Position numbers and translations under genes: made by a program. The notes below the pieces were generated by a model. The model saw nothing but the letters and a program-made list of their open reading frames with translations. It ran no database searches and had not been told where the DNA came from. Positions 1 through 7,993 of a stretch of 30,789 nucleotides of DNA are shown one piece after another. Source of the stretch: Candidatus Methylomirabilia bacterium (lineage in GTDB: Bacteria; Methylomirabilota; Methylomirabilia; Rokubacteriales; CSP1-6); assembly GCA_041496385.1 (NCBI GenBank), contig JBGQEL010000046.1, forward strand, positions 1-30,789. Direction: 5' to 3'. Each line of letters begins with the position of its first letter. Positions within the stretch are counted from its first letter, which is position 1.

Positions 1-234
1 CTCGAGCTCGCGCGTCGCGCCAGTGCCCGTGAGGGCGTAGAAGCCCCCGAGCGAGGCGCCCCGGGCCGCGCAGGACACCGGATGCCGGCGTACGAACTCG
101 GGCGTCACGGCGAGCGCGTCGCGCCAGAGCCGCATCCAGTCCTCGGGGTAGCGCCAGTGGCGCTTCGCGGCGCGGGCCACGCGCGTCAGGCCGGGGGCCT
201 CCTCCGGGCGCGCGGGCCGGATCACGAGGTCCAT
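1..234 (-). CDS. GNAT family N-acetyltransferase, N-terminal part (runs off the left edge of the window)
   Basis: Not in the ORF track. Manual translation from ATG (complement of 232-234) gives MDLVIRPARPEEAPGLTRVARAAKRHWRYPEDWMRLWRDALAVTPEFVRRHPVSCAARGASLGGFYALTGTGATRELE, open to position 1. The IRPARPEE start, K-x-HW-x-Y and GFYAL...ELE patterns match a common GNAT subfamily. Confidence 0.8.
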   Translation of the reverse strand, partial: MDLVIRPARPEEAPGLTRVARAAKRHWRYPEDWMRLWRDALAVTPEFVRRHPVSCAARGASLGGFYALTGTGATRELE

Positions 235-238
235 GGAC

Positions 239-250
239 GTAGTAGACTAC
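239..250. promoter_or_regulatory. Putative bidirectional -10 region between the divergent GNAT and iorA-like genes
   Basis: GTAGT-AG-ACTAC palindrome in a 24-nt intergenic gap. It reads TAGACT on + (243-248) and TAGTCT on - (249-244), both TAnnnT. Confidence 0.45.
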
Positions 251-258
251 ATCGCGCC

Positions 259-2403
259 ATGGGGGAGCTCTCCTTCGCGGAAGACGTCAAGCAGCTCGCG
301 TTCGGCCGTGGCGAGATTCTGCGCGGCGAGGGGATCCTCGCGATCACGAAGGCGCTCCTCCAGTCGGGCGTGAGCTACGTCGGGGGCTACCCGGGCGCGC
401 CCGTCTCCTACCTGATCGACGTGCTGGCGGACGCGAACGAGCCGGTCCTCAAGCCGCTCGGCATCTACTTCGAGCAGTCGGGGAGCGAGGCGGCCGCCGC
501 CGCGCTCCTGGGCGCGTCCATCAACTATCCGATGCGCGGCGCGGTCACGTGGAAGTCGGTGGTCGGCACCAACGTCGCCTCCGACGCGCTCTCGCACGTC
601 GCCTCCGCCGGCGTCCTCGGCGGAAGCCTCATCGTCATCGGCGAGGACTACGGCGAGGGCGCGTCCATCCTGCAGGAACGGACACACTCGGCCGCGCTGA
701 AGTCGTCGGTGCCGCTGCTCGACCCGCGCAACAGTCTCGACTCCTTCGCCCGCTTCGTCGAGGAGGGGTTCGGCCTCTCCGAGGCGTGCAACGAGCCGGT
801 CTTCTTCTCGATCCGGATCCGCGCCTGCCACATGCGCGGCGCGCTCCGGTGCAAGGACAACGTACGCCCGGCGATCAGCATGCTCTCGCCGGTCGGCGCC
901 CCGAGCTTCAGCCTGGAGCGGATCAACCTGCCACCCTTCACCTACCAGATGGAGGCGCAGAAGTTCGAGAAGCGGCTGCCGGCGGCGCGGCGGTACATCG
1001 TCGAGCACGGACTCAACGAGCACGTCCGCGGGGAGGAGGACCACCTCGGGATCGTCATGCAGGGCGGCCTCTGGAACACGACGCTCCGCGGGCTCCACGT
1101 GCTCGGCCTCGCCGACGCGCGCGGCCGGACGGCGGTGCCGCTCCTCGTGCTGAACGCGATCCACCCGCTCGTGCCCGAGGAGCTGATCGGCTTCATGCGG
1201 GGCAAGCGCCGGCTGCTCGTCGTCGAGGAGGGGATGCCCAACTACATCGAGCGCGAGCTGGGGGCGCTCGCCCACGACGCGCGGCTCGACGTGGAGATTC
1301 ACGGCAAGGACGTCTTCGCGCCCAACGGCGAGTACGTCCCGCAGCTCGTCATCGGCGGGCTCCGGCGCTTCTTCGCCGAGGCGGGCCTCGCGTCGCACGC
1401 GGCGTCGGCGATCGAGGATCGCTACCGCGCGCTCACCGAGCACCAGGGGCGCGTCCGCGCGGTCCTGCCGCAGCCGGTTGCGAAGCGGCCGCCGTCGTTC
1501 TGCACGGGCTGCCCCGAGCGCCCCGTGTTCAGCGCCATGAAGATTCTCAGGATGCGGGAGCCCGAGATCGGCGACACGCACGTCTCCGCCGACATCGGCT
1601 GCTCCACGTTCTCGACGCAGGCGCCCTTCAACGTCGGCAACTCGGTGCTCGGCTACGGCATGGGGCTCGCCTCGTCGAGCGCGGTCGCGCCCCTGTTCGG
1701 CAAGCGCGTCGTCTCGGTCATGGGCGACGGCGGCTTCTGGCACAACGGCCTCACCAACGGCGTGGCGAACGCGATGTACAACAAGCAGGACTCCGTCCTG
1801 GTCATCCTCGACAACTTCTACGCGGCCGCGACGGGCCAGCACCACGTGCCCTCCACGGGCACCAACGCGCGGCACGAGCCGGTGCGGATGACCATCCCCG
1901 CAGCGCTCCGCGGGCTCGGCGTCCGGTGGATCCGCACGGTCGATTCCTACCGCATCGCCGAGGTGACGAAGACGCTGCGCGAGGCGCTGACGACGCGCGT
2001 CCCCGGGCTGAAGGTCATCATCGCCAAGAACGAATGCATGCTCGAGATTCAGCGCCGGGAGAAGCCGCGCGCGCGCCGGGCGATCGCCGCGGGCGAGGAG
2101 GTCGTGCAGCCACGCTTCGGCGTGGATCCGGACGTCTGCACGGGCGATCACTCGTGCATGCGGCTGAACGGATGCCCGTCGCTGACGCTCCGCGAGAACC
2201 CCGACCCGCTGCGCGACGATCCGATCGCGCACGTGGACGAGACCTGCGTGGGCTGCGGCGTGTGCGGCGAGGTCGCGCACGCGGCCGTCCTCTGCCCGTC
2301 GTTCTACGAGGTCAAGATGATCACGAACCCGACCCGCTGGACGCGCCTCGTGGCCCGTCTGCGCTGGGCGGTGATCCGCCGCCTCGCCGCCGCCGTCGCG
2401 TGA
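259..2403 (+). CDS. iorA: Indolepyruvate:ferredoxin oxidoreductase alpha subunit family (TPP-dependent 2-oxoacid oxidoreductase with C-terminal ferredoxin-like domain), 714 aa
   Basis: GEGILAITKALLQSGVSYVGGYPGAP N-terminus, RPPSFCTGCP, DIGC, TPP motif GDGGFWHNG...N, and C-terminal CTGDHSC...GCP and CVGCGVC...LCP Fe-S motifs. Start moved from 82 to ATG 259 because 82-234 overlaps the GNAT gene. The actual substrate is unknown. Confidence 0.9.
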   Translation: MGELSFAEDVKQLAFGRGEILRGEGILAITKALLQSGVSYVGGYPGAPVSYLIDVLADANEPVLKPLGIYFEQSGSEAAAAALLGASINYPMRGAVTWKSVVGTNVASDALSHVASAGVLGGSLIVIGEDYGEGASILQERTHSAALKSSVPLLDPRNSLDSFARFVEEGFGLSEACNEPVFFSIRIRACHMRGALRCKDNVRPAISMLSPVGAPSFSLERINLPPFTYQMEAQKFEKRLPAARRYIVEHGLNEHVRGEEDHLGIVMQGGLWNTTLRGLHVLGLADARGRTAVPLLVLNAIHPLVPEELIGFMRGKRRLLVVEEGMPNYIERELGALAHDARLDVEIHGKDVFAPNGEYVPQLVIGGLRRFFAEAGLASHAASAIEDRYRALTEHQGRVRAVLPQPVAKRPPSFCTGCPERPVFSAMKILRMREPEIGDTHVSADIGCSTFSTQAPFNVGNSVLGYGMGLASSSAVAPLFGKRVVSVMGDGGFWHNGLTNGVANAMYNKQDSVLVILDNFYAAATGQHHVPSTGTNARHEPVRMTIPAALRGLGVRWIRTVDSYRIAEVTKTLREALTTRVPGLKVIIAKNECMLEIQRREKPRARRAIAAGEEVVQPRFGVDPDVCTGDHSCMRLNGCPSLTLRENPDPLRDDPIAHVDETCVGCGVCGEVAHAAVLCPSFYEVKMITNPTRWTRLVARLRWAVIRRLAAAVA

Positions 2404-3944
2404 GCGAGCCGCGCATCCTGAGCATCCTCATCCCGGCCGTCGGCGGGCAGGGGGGCGGCGTCCTCCTGGACTGGATCGTGGACGCCACGGTGCTCGACGG
2501 CTATCCGGTCCACGGCACCTCGATCCCGGGCGTCGCGCAGCGCACCGGCTCGACCACGTACTACGTCGAGCTCTGCTCCGCGCGTGACGCCGAGCCGCCG
2601 GTCTTCTCGCTCTACCCGGTGCCCGGCGCCCTCGACGTCCTGCTCGCCGCGGAGTTCCTCGAGGTCGGGCGCATGATCGAGCTCGGCTTCCCGTCGCCGG
2701 CGCGTACCACGATCGTCGCCAGCACGCACCGCCTCTTCTCGATCCACGAGAAGATCACGAGCGGGCGCGGGACCTATCCGATCGAGGACCTGCACCGGGC
2801 GGCGCGCGCCTTCGCGCGCGAGCTCTACGCCCTCGACGCGCTGGCGCTCGCGCGCGAGCACGGGACGGAGGCGAACGCGGTGCTGCTGGGCGCCCTCGCG
2901 GGCTCGGGGGCCTTGCCCGTGGACGCCGACGCGTTCCGCGGGGCCATTCGCCGCAAGAACGTTCAGGTCGACGCCAACCTGCGCGGCTTCGACGCCGGGC
3001 TCGCCGCCGCCGCGCGCCTCAAACCATCGGCGGGGGCCGGCGCGGGGGCAGCCGCGGCTCCGGAACGACGCTCGCCGACGAGTCCCGTCTCCGCCACGGT
3101 CCCCGCCGGCGCCCTCGGCCCGGCGGCGCTGGGCGCGCCCGAGATCGAGCGGCTGACGGCGGGATTCGCCGAGGAGCTTCGGCCGACGCTCGGCCAGGCG
3201 ATCGAGCGGCTGACGGAGTACCAGGACCGGCGGTACGCGGAGCGGTATCTCGACCGGCTCCGGCCATTCGCGGCGTTCGGGGACGTGGAGCTGCTGCGCA
3301 TCCTGGCGCGGGGCCTCGCCGTCTGGATGTCGTACGAGGACGCGATCCGGGTCGCACAGTTCAAGACCCGGTGGAGCCGGTTCGAGCGGATCCGCCGCGA
3401 GAAGGGCGCGCTGAAGGGCGAGATCGTCGTCACCGACTACCTCAAACCCGACCTCGACGAGATCTACGGGATCCTGCCGCACCGGCTCGTCGCGCCCTTC
3501 GCCCGCTGGGCCGAGCGGCGCTGGCCGCGCGGCCGCCCGACGCTCACGCAGCACGTGAAGACGACGACGGTCTCCGGATACCTGCGCGTCTGGTTCCTGA
3601 CGCTCCTTCGGCCGCTGCGTCCGATCTCCCATCGGGCCCACGAGGAGCACGCGCGGATGGAGCGGTGGCTCGATGCGGTCAAGGCCTGCGCCGCACGGGA
3701 CATCGAGCTCGCGCGGGAGGTCGCGCGCGCGGCGCAGCTCGTCAAGGGCTACGGCGACGTGCGCCGACGCATGGCCGGCCATCTCGACCGGTTGCTCGCC
3801 GCCGTGCTCCACGCGGCGACGGCGGGCGGCGGGTTGGAGGGCGCGCGCACGCTGGCCGCGCGCTATCGGACGCTCGTCCTGCAGGGGCCCGACGGCGAAG
3901 CCCAGGCGGTGGCGCTCGCCGCGGGGGCGTTCCCGGCCCGCTAG
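2400..3944 (+). CDS. iorB: Indolepyruvate oxidoreductase beta subunit family (POR gamma-like domain plus long C-terminal helical domain, DUF6537-like), 514 aa
   Basis: GTG start overlapping the iorA stop (GTGA). AVGGQGGGV and GVAQRTGST motifs, an Ala/Pro linker, and C-terminal WMSYEDAIRVA and LVKGYGDV motifs. Confidence 0.85.
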   Translation: MSEPRILSILIPAVGGQGGGVLLDWIVDATVLDGYPVHGTSIPGVAQRTGSTTYYVELCSARDAEPPVFSLYPVPGALDVLLAAEFLEVGRMIELGFPSPARTTIVASTHRLFSIHEKITSGRGTYPIEDLHRAARAFARELYALDALALAREHGTEANAVLLGALAGSGALPVDADAFRGAIRRKNVQVDANLRGFDAGLAAAARLKPSAGAGAGAAAAPERRSPTSPVSATVPAGALGPAALGAPEIERLTAGFAEELRPTLGQAIERLTEYQDRRYAERYLDRLRPFAAFGDVELLRILARGLAVWMSYEDAIRVAQFKTRWSRFERIRREKGALKGEIVVTDYLKPDLDEIYGILPHRLVAPFARWAERRWPRGRPTLTQHVKTTTVSGYLRVWFLTLLRPLRPISHRAHEEHARMERWLDAVKACAARDIELAREVARAAQLVKGYGDVRRRMAGHLDRLLAAVLHAATAGGGLEGARTLAARYRTLVLQGPDGEAQAVALAAGAFPAR

Positions 3945-4639
3945 CCGCCCGTACGCCGCCGGACGAGCTCTCGCAGCCGGTCGCGCTCGCGCTCCTCGAG
4001 GTTCACGAACGTGAAGGCGTGGCCGTCCAGGTCCACGCGCATCACCAGCGACATCACGGTGACCGGCGCGCCGCCGTCGGGCGGCGTGAAGGAGAGCTTC
4101 ACCACGGTGCGGGGGAGGAGGCTGGCCGGGAGCCGCGCCTTGATCCCCGCGGTGCCCAGCTCGACGGCGGTGCCGTGGTGCTCGGCGCCGCCGTACTCGA
4201 GCGCGTGGACGGGCGAGGTGAACGGGGCCCGCGGCTGATGCCGCCGGTCGGCGCGCGAGGCGCCCTCGAGCATCCGGGTGAGCGCGGCCGGCTCCAGGTA
4301 CGTGAGGACCTCGTGCAGGCGATCGAGCGGGACGGGCTTGCCGACGAAGTCGGTCGCGCCCAGGCGCAGGCACTCGCGCGCCTGGTTCTCGGTGACGACG
4401 CCCGAGACCGCGACGATCGGCACGCCGAGCTCCCTGATGGGGCGGAGCTGAAGGAAATCGAGGCCGCTCATGCCGGGCAGGTGGATGTCGAGGATGATCG
4501 CGTCCGGCCGCTCCGTCTTCAGCTTGCCGAGCGCCGCCTCCGCGCTGCGCACGACGAGCGGCTGGTGGCCCAGCTCGAGCAGGAAGTCGCGGAAGACGTC
4601 ACTGAGATCCGGTTCATCCTCGACGACGAGCACGCGCAT
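3941..4639 (-). CDS. Response regulator receiver domain fused to a PilZ-like domain, 232 aa
   Basis: VLVVEDE, IILDIHLPGMSG (phospho-acceptor Asp) and FVGKP receiver motifs. The C-terminal half begins DRRHQPR (RxxxR) followed by a beta-rich PilZ-like pattern. Confidence 0.85.
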   Translation of the reverse strand: MRVLVVEDEPDLSDVFRDFLLELGHQPLVVRSAEAALGKLKTERPDAIILDIHLPGMSGLDFLQLRPIRELGVPIVAVSGVVTENQARECLRLGATDFVGKPVPLDRLHEVLTYLEPAALTRMLEGASRADRRHQPRAPFTSPVHALEYGGAEHHGTAVELGTAGIKARLPASLLPRTVVKLSFTPPDGGAPVTVMSLVMRVDLDGHAFTFVNLEERERDRLRELVRRRTGG

Positions 4640-4648
4640 GCCGTCAGA

Positions 4649-4657
4649 AGTCTAGCA
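4649..4657 (-). promoter_or_regulatory. Putative extended -10 promoter of the REC-PilZ gene
   Basis: Minus strand reads TG-c-TAGACT, 9 nt before the ATG. No Shine-Dalgarno sequence in between. Confidence 0.45.
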
Positions 4658-4703
4658 CGGATAGGTACGCGAGCCGCTGCCCGACGCGCGGCGCGAGGCC
4701 GCG

Positions 4704-4734
4704 TGTTATACTCGCGCCGAAATCTCGAAGGAGG
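4704..4734 (+). promoter_or_regulatory. Extended -10 promoter and RBS of the nuo operon
   Basis: TG-t-TATACT at 4704-4712. AAGGAGG at 4728-4734, 6 nt before GTG 4741. Confidence 0.7.
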
Positions 4735-4740
4735 AAGCGC

Positions 4741-5094
4741 GTGTCGGGCTACCTGCCCGTGCTGATCTTCGCCGTATTCATCGTCGGGTTCGGGGCCGTG
4801 TCGCTCGTCGTGGCGCGGCTGCTCCGGCCCAGCCGCCCCAACGCGGTGAAGTCCATGAACTACGAATGCGGCGCCGAGCCGGTCGGCCCGGCCTGGATCC
4901 AGTTCCCGGTCGGCTTCTATCTGGTTGCCCTGGTCTTCATCGTCTTCGACGCGCTCGCCGTGTTCCTCTTTCCCTGGGCGCTCGTGCTGCGCGCGCTCGG
5001 CCTCGCCGCCTTCTGGACGATGGCCGGCTTCGTCGCGATCATCGGGCTGGGCTGGCTCTACGCGTACCGGGAGGGTGTGCTCGAGTGGAAGTGA
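4741..5094 (+). CDS. nuoA: NADH-quinone oxidoreductase subunit A
   Basis: Three hydrophobic segments, YECG loop, [12 protein letters not shown] and GVLEW C-terminus. Confidence 0.95.
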   Translation: MSGYLPVLIFAVFIVGFGAVSLVVARLLRPSRPNAVKSMNYECGAEPVGPAWIQFPVGFYLVALVFIVFDALAVFLFPWALVLRALGLAAFWTMAGFVAIIGLGWLYAYREGVLEWK

Positions 5095-5720
5095 AGCCGC
5101 CCCTCCCCCAGATCCCGCCGCCGGGTTGGAGCGACTTCAAGGATCTCCAGGAGTGGGAGAAGTACCACCAGGAGCGCGGGACCGCCGACAAGACGTCGAA
5201 CGCGCTGACCTCGATCGCCGACGCCATCCACCACATGCCGGGCGGATGGATCGTCACGACGTCCACCGAGAAGATCTTCAACTGGGCGCGCAAGTCGTCG
5301 ATCTGGCCGGTGACGTTCGGCCTGGCCTGCTGCGCGATCGAGATGATGGCGACGTTCGCGTCGCGCTTCGACGTCGAGCGCTTCGGCATGGTGCCGTGGG
5401 CCTCGCCCCGGCACTCCGACCTCATGATCGTCTCCGGCACGGTGACCATCAAGATGGCGCCGATGCTCAAGCGCATCTACGACCAGATGCCCGACCCGAA
5501 GTGGGTCGTCTCGATGGGCTCCTGCGCGAACTCGGGCGGCCCGTTCCGCCACGGGTACCACGTCGTGAAGGGCGTGGACCGCGTGGTGCCCGTCGACGTC
5601 TACGTCCCCGGGTGCCCCCCCACCCCCGACTCGCTGATGTACGGGCTGCTGAAGCTGCAGGAGCAGGTCGCCGAGTTCCAGAAGACCGGGAAACGCCCCA
5701 CCGCCGCCGACCCCGCGTGA
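5091..5720 (+). CDS. nuoB: NADH-quinone oxidoreductase subunit B, 209 aa
   Basis: [20 protein letters not shown] and YVPGCPP (N2 ligands). GTG start overlapping the nuoA stop (GTGA). Confidence 0.95.
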   Translation: MKPPLPQIPPPGWSDFKDLQEWEKYHQERGTADKTSNALTSIADAIHHMPGGWIVTTSTEKIFNWARKSSIWPVTFGLACCAIEMMATFASRFDVERFGMVPWASPRHSDLMIVSGTVTIKMAPMLKRIYDQMPDPKWVVSMGSCANSGGPFRHGYHVVKGVDRVVPVDVYVPGCPPTPDSLMYGLLKLQEQVAEFQKTGKRPTAADPA

Positions 5721-5721
5721 G

Positions 5722-6174
5722 ATGACGATCGCCGCCGCGGCCGCGCGAGTCCGGGAGACGTTTGGCGTCGAGCCGGCCGTCGCCGGCGCGGCCCTCGCCG
5801 TCGAGCTCCCGCGCGGCCGGTGGCGCGAGTTCGGCGCCTTCGCCCGGGGCGAGCTGGGGTGCGTGTACTTCAACTGGCTGTCCGCGATCGACTGGAAGGA
5901 CCAGGGGTTCGAGGTGCTGTGCCGCGTCGAGAATCTGGACACGCGGCTGGCCGTGCTGATGCGGACGAAGCTCGGCGCGGGGGAGACGGGCTGCGCGTCG
6001 CTCGTCCCCGTCTGGCGCGGCGCCGACTGGATGGAACGCGAGTGTTACGACATGTTCGGGGTCGTGTTCGACGGGCACCCCGATCTCCGGCGGATCCTGC
6101 TCTCGGAGGACTGGGAGGGATACCCGCTCCGGAAGGACTACGCCCACGACACGCCGCACACGCCGTACCGATGA
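5722..6174 (+). CDS. nuoC: NADH-quinone oxidoreductase subunit C (short form, 150 aa)
   Basis: [27 protein letters not shown]...GYPLRKDY signature. Confidence 0.95.
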   Translation: MTIAAAAARVRETFGVEPAVAGAALAVELPRGRWREFGAFARGELGCVYFNWLSAIDWKDQGFEVLCRVENLDTRLAVLMRTKLGAGETGCASLVPVWRGADWMERECYDMFGVVFDGHPDLRRILLSEDWEGYPLRKDYAHDTPHTPYR

Positions 6175-6196
6175 TCCACCACGGAGGGAACCGCCG

Positions 6197-6832
6197 ATGA
6201 TCTACGAGCTCCGCACCTACACGCTGACCCCCGGCAAGCAGCCCGAGTACCTCAAGCTCAACGCGGAGGTCGGTCGGCCCACGCGCGGCGACAAGTACGG
6301 CAAGCTCGAGGGCGGCTGGACGACGGAGTTCGGCCTGCTCAACCAGTACGTGCACCTCTGGAGCTATCCGAGCCTCGACGAGCGCGACCGGCTGCGCGCC
6401 GAGCTGCAGAAGAACGAGGAGTGGACGAAGGGGTATATCCCGAAGATCCGCCCGCTCATCCTCGCGCAGGAGAACAAGATCCTCTCCGTGGTGCTGCCGT
6501 TCAAGCCGCCCGCGGAGGCGGGGCACGTGTACGAGCTCCGCTGGTATCGCGCGCAGGTCGGCAAGGTCGGCGAGTGGCTCGCCCTCTTCAAGGGGATCAT
6601 GCCCGTGCGGGAGAAGTACTCGAAGAACGTCGGCGTCTGGCAGACGGAGATGGGGCAGCTCAACGAGGCCGTCCACCTCTGGGCCTACCGCGACCTGAAC
6701 CAGCGCGCCGAGATCCGCGGCAACGCGCTGAGGGATCCCGAGTGGCAGAAGTTCCTGGGCGCGTCCGCGCCGCTCCTCGCCGAGATGCGGTCCATCATCC
6801 TGAACCCGACAAGCGTTTCCCCGATGCGCTAG
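6197..6832 (+). CDS. NIPSNAP family protein with two tandem NIPSNAP domains, 211 aa
   Basis: Two repeats: YELRTY...HLWSYPSLDERDRLR...EEW and YELRWY...HLWAYRDLNQRAEIR...PEW, ending LNPTSVSPMR. RBS GGAGGG at 6183-6188. Confidence 0.9.
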   Translation: MIYELRTYTLTPGKQPEYLKLNAEVGRPTRGDKYGKLEGGWTTEFGLLNQYVHLWSYPSLDERDRLRAELQKNEEWTKGYIPKIRPLILAQENKILSVVLPFKPPAEAGHVYELRWYRAQVGKVGEWLALFKGIMPVREKYSKNVGVWQTEMGQLNEAVHLWAYRDLNQRAEIRGNALRDPEWQKFLGASAPLLAEMRSIILNPTSVSPMR

Positions 6833-7993
6833 ATGGCCACGGTCGAGCGGCAGACCGTCGAGATCGGCTACGGGGGCACCGAGCGCCTCGTGATGAACAT
6901 GGGGCCGCAGCACCCGTCCGCGCACGGCGTCTTCCGCGCGGTCCTCACGCTCGAGGGCGAGACCGTCGTCGCCGTGGACGCGGTGATCGGCTACCTGCAC
7001 CGCTGCCACGAGAAGCTCGGCGAGACGCTCACGTACGTGCAGTACCCCTCGATCGCCTCGAAGACCGACTACGTCGCCGCCATGACCTCGGAGCTCGCCT
7101 ACGTCTCGGCGGTCGAGGCGCTCGGCCGCTTCGAGGTGCCGAAGCGCGCCCGGTACCTCCGCGTGATCGCCGCCGAGCTCCAGCGGGTCGCGTCGCACTG
7201 CCTCTGGCTCGGCACCTGGTGCATGGACATGGGCGGCGCCCTCGGCGGCGGCGCCACCGTCTTCCTCTACTGCATCCGCGAGCGGGAGCTGATCCTCGAC
7301 CTCTTCGAGGAGCTGACGGGCGCGCGGCTCCTCTACGGCTTCCACCAGGTCGGCGGGACGCGGTACGACGTCCCGGCCGGCTGGGACAAGAAGGTGCGCG
7401 AGACCGTCGCCCTCGTCGAGCAGCGGATCGAGGAGTACGAGGCCATGCTCGAGCGCAACGCCTTCTTCCTCGCGCGCACGCAGGGCGTCGGGACGATCTC
7501 GCGCGAGCTCGCGCAGGAGGTGGGGGTGTCGGGGCCGCTGCTCCGGGGCTCGGGCGTGCCCCACGACCTCCGCCGGGCCGATCCGTACTCGTCCTACGAG
7601 GACTTCGACGTGCGCGTGCCCGTCGAGACCGCCGGGGACTGCTTCGCGCGCTACCGGGTGCGGATGGTCGAGTTCCGCGAGTCCATCCGGATCGTCCGCC
7701 AGGCGCTCGACGGCCTGCCGGAGGGGCCGATCTCGTCGCGGCCGGGCGTGAAGTCGGTGGGGCAGGTGCGCGTGCCGAAGGGCGAGGCGTACGCGCGCGT
7801 CGAGGGCGCGCGCGGCGAGGTCGGCTGCTTCCTGGTGTCCGACGGTGGCCCCAAGCCCTACCGGATGAAGTGGCGCGGGGCCTCGTTCTCCAACCTCGCG
7901 GTGCTCCCGCACATCATCCCGGGCCACAAGATCGCGGACGTCGTCGCGATCATGGGCTCGGTGGATCCCGTCTTCGGCGAGGTGGATCGGTGA
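6833..7993 (+). CDS. nuoD: NADH-quinone oxidoreductase subunit D, 386 aa
   Basis: NMGPQHPSAHGV, GYLHR.HEK, EGARGE and C-terminal DPVFGEVDR. No NiFe-binding CxxC pairs. Confidence 0.95.
   Translation: MATVERQTVEIGYGGTERLVMNMGPQHPSAHGVFRAVLTLEGETVVAVDAVIGYLHRCHEKLGETLTYVQYPSIASKTDYVAAMTSELAYVSAVEALGRFEVPKRARYLRVIAAELQRVASHCLWLGTWCMDMGGALGGGATVFLYCIRERELILDLFEELTGARLLYGFHQVGGTRYDVPAGWDKKVRETVALVEQRIEEYEAMLERNAFFLARTQGVGTISRELAQEVGVSGPLLRGSGVPHDLRRADPYSSYEDFDVRVPVETAGDCFARYRVRMVEFRESIRIVRQALDGLPEGPISSRPGVKSVGQVRVPKGEAYARVEGARGEVGCFLVSDGGPKPYRMKWRGASFSNLAVLPHIIPGHKIADVVAIMGSVDPVFGEVDR

Noticed and set aside
82..258. 59-aa N-terminal extension of the IorA-like ORF
   Set aside because: It overlaps a convincing GNAT gene on the opposite strand, and family similarity starts at MGELSF (259).
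549..2399. 1131-aa ORF suggesting a large fusion protein, and similar extended ORFs at 6421, 10536, 12479, 17533, 19668 and 21602
   Set aside because: The upstream parts are Arg/Gly/Pro-rich off-frame translations overlapping real genes. Stop codons are scarce in alternate frames at high GC. The real genes start at the stop/start overlaps or just after the preceding gene.
5091..7993. Possibility that the operon encodes a group 4 [NiFe] hydrogenase
   Set aside because: The large subunit lacks the N- and C-terminal CxxC Ni ligands and ends in GEVDR, the small subunit has the tandem CC of NuoB, and nuoA/J/K are present.
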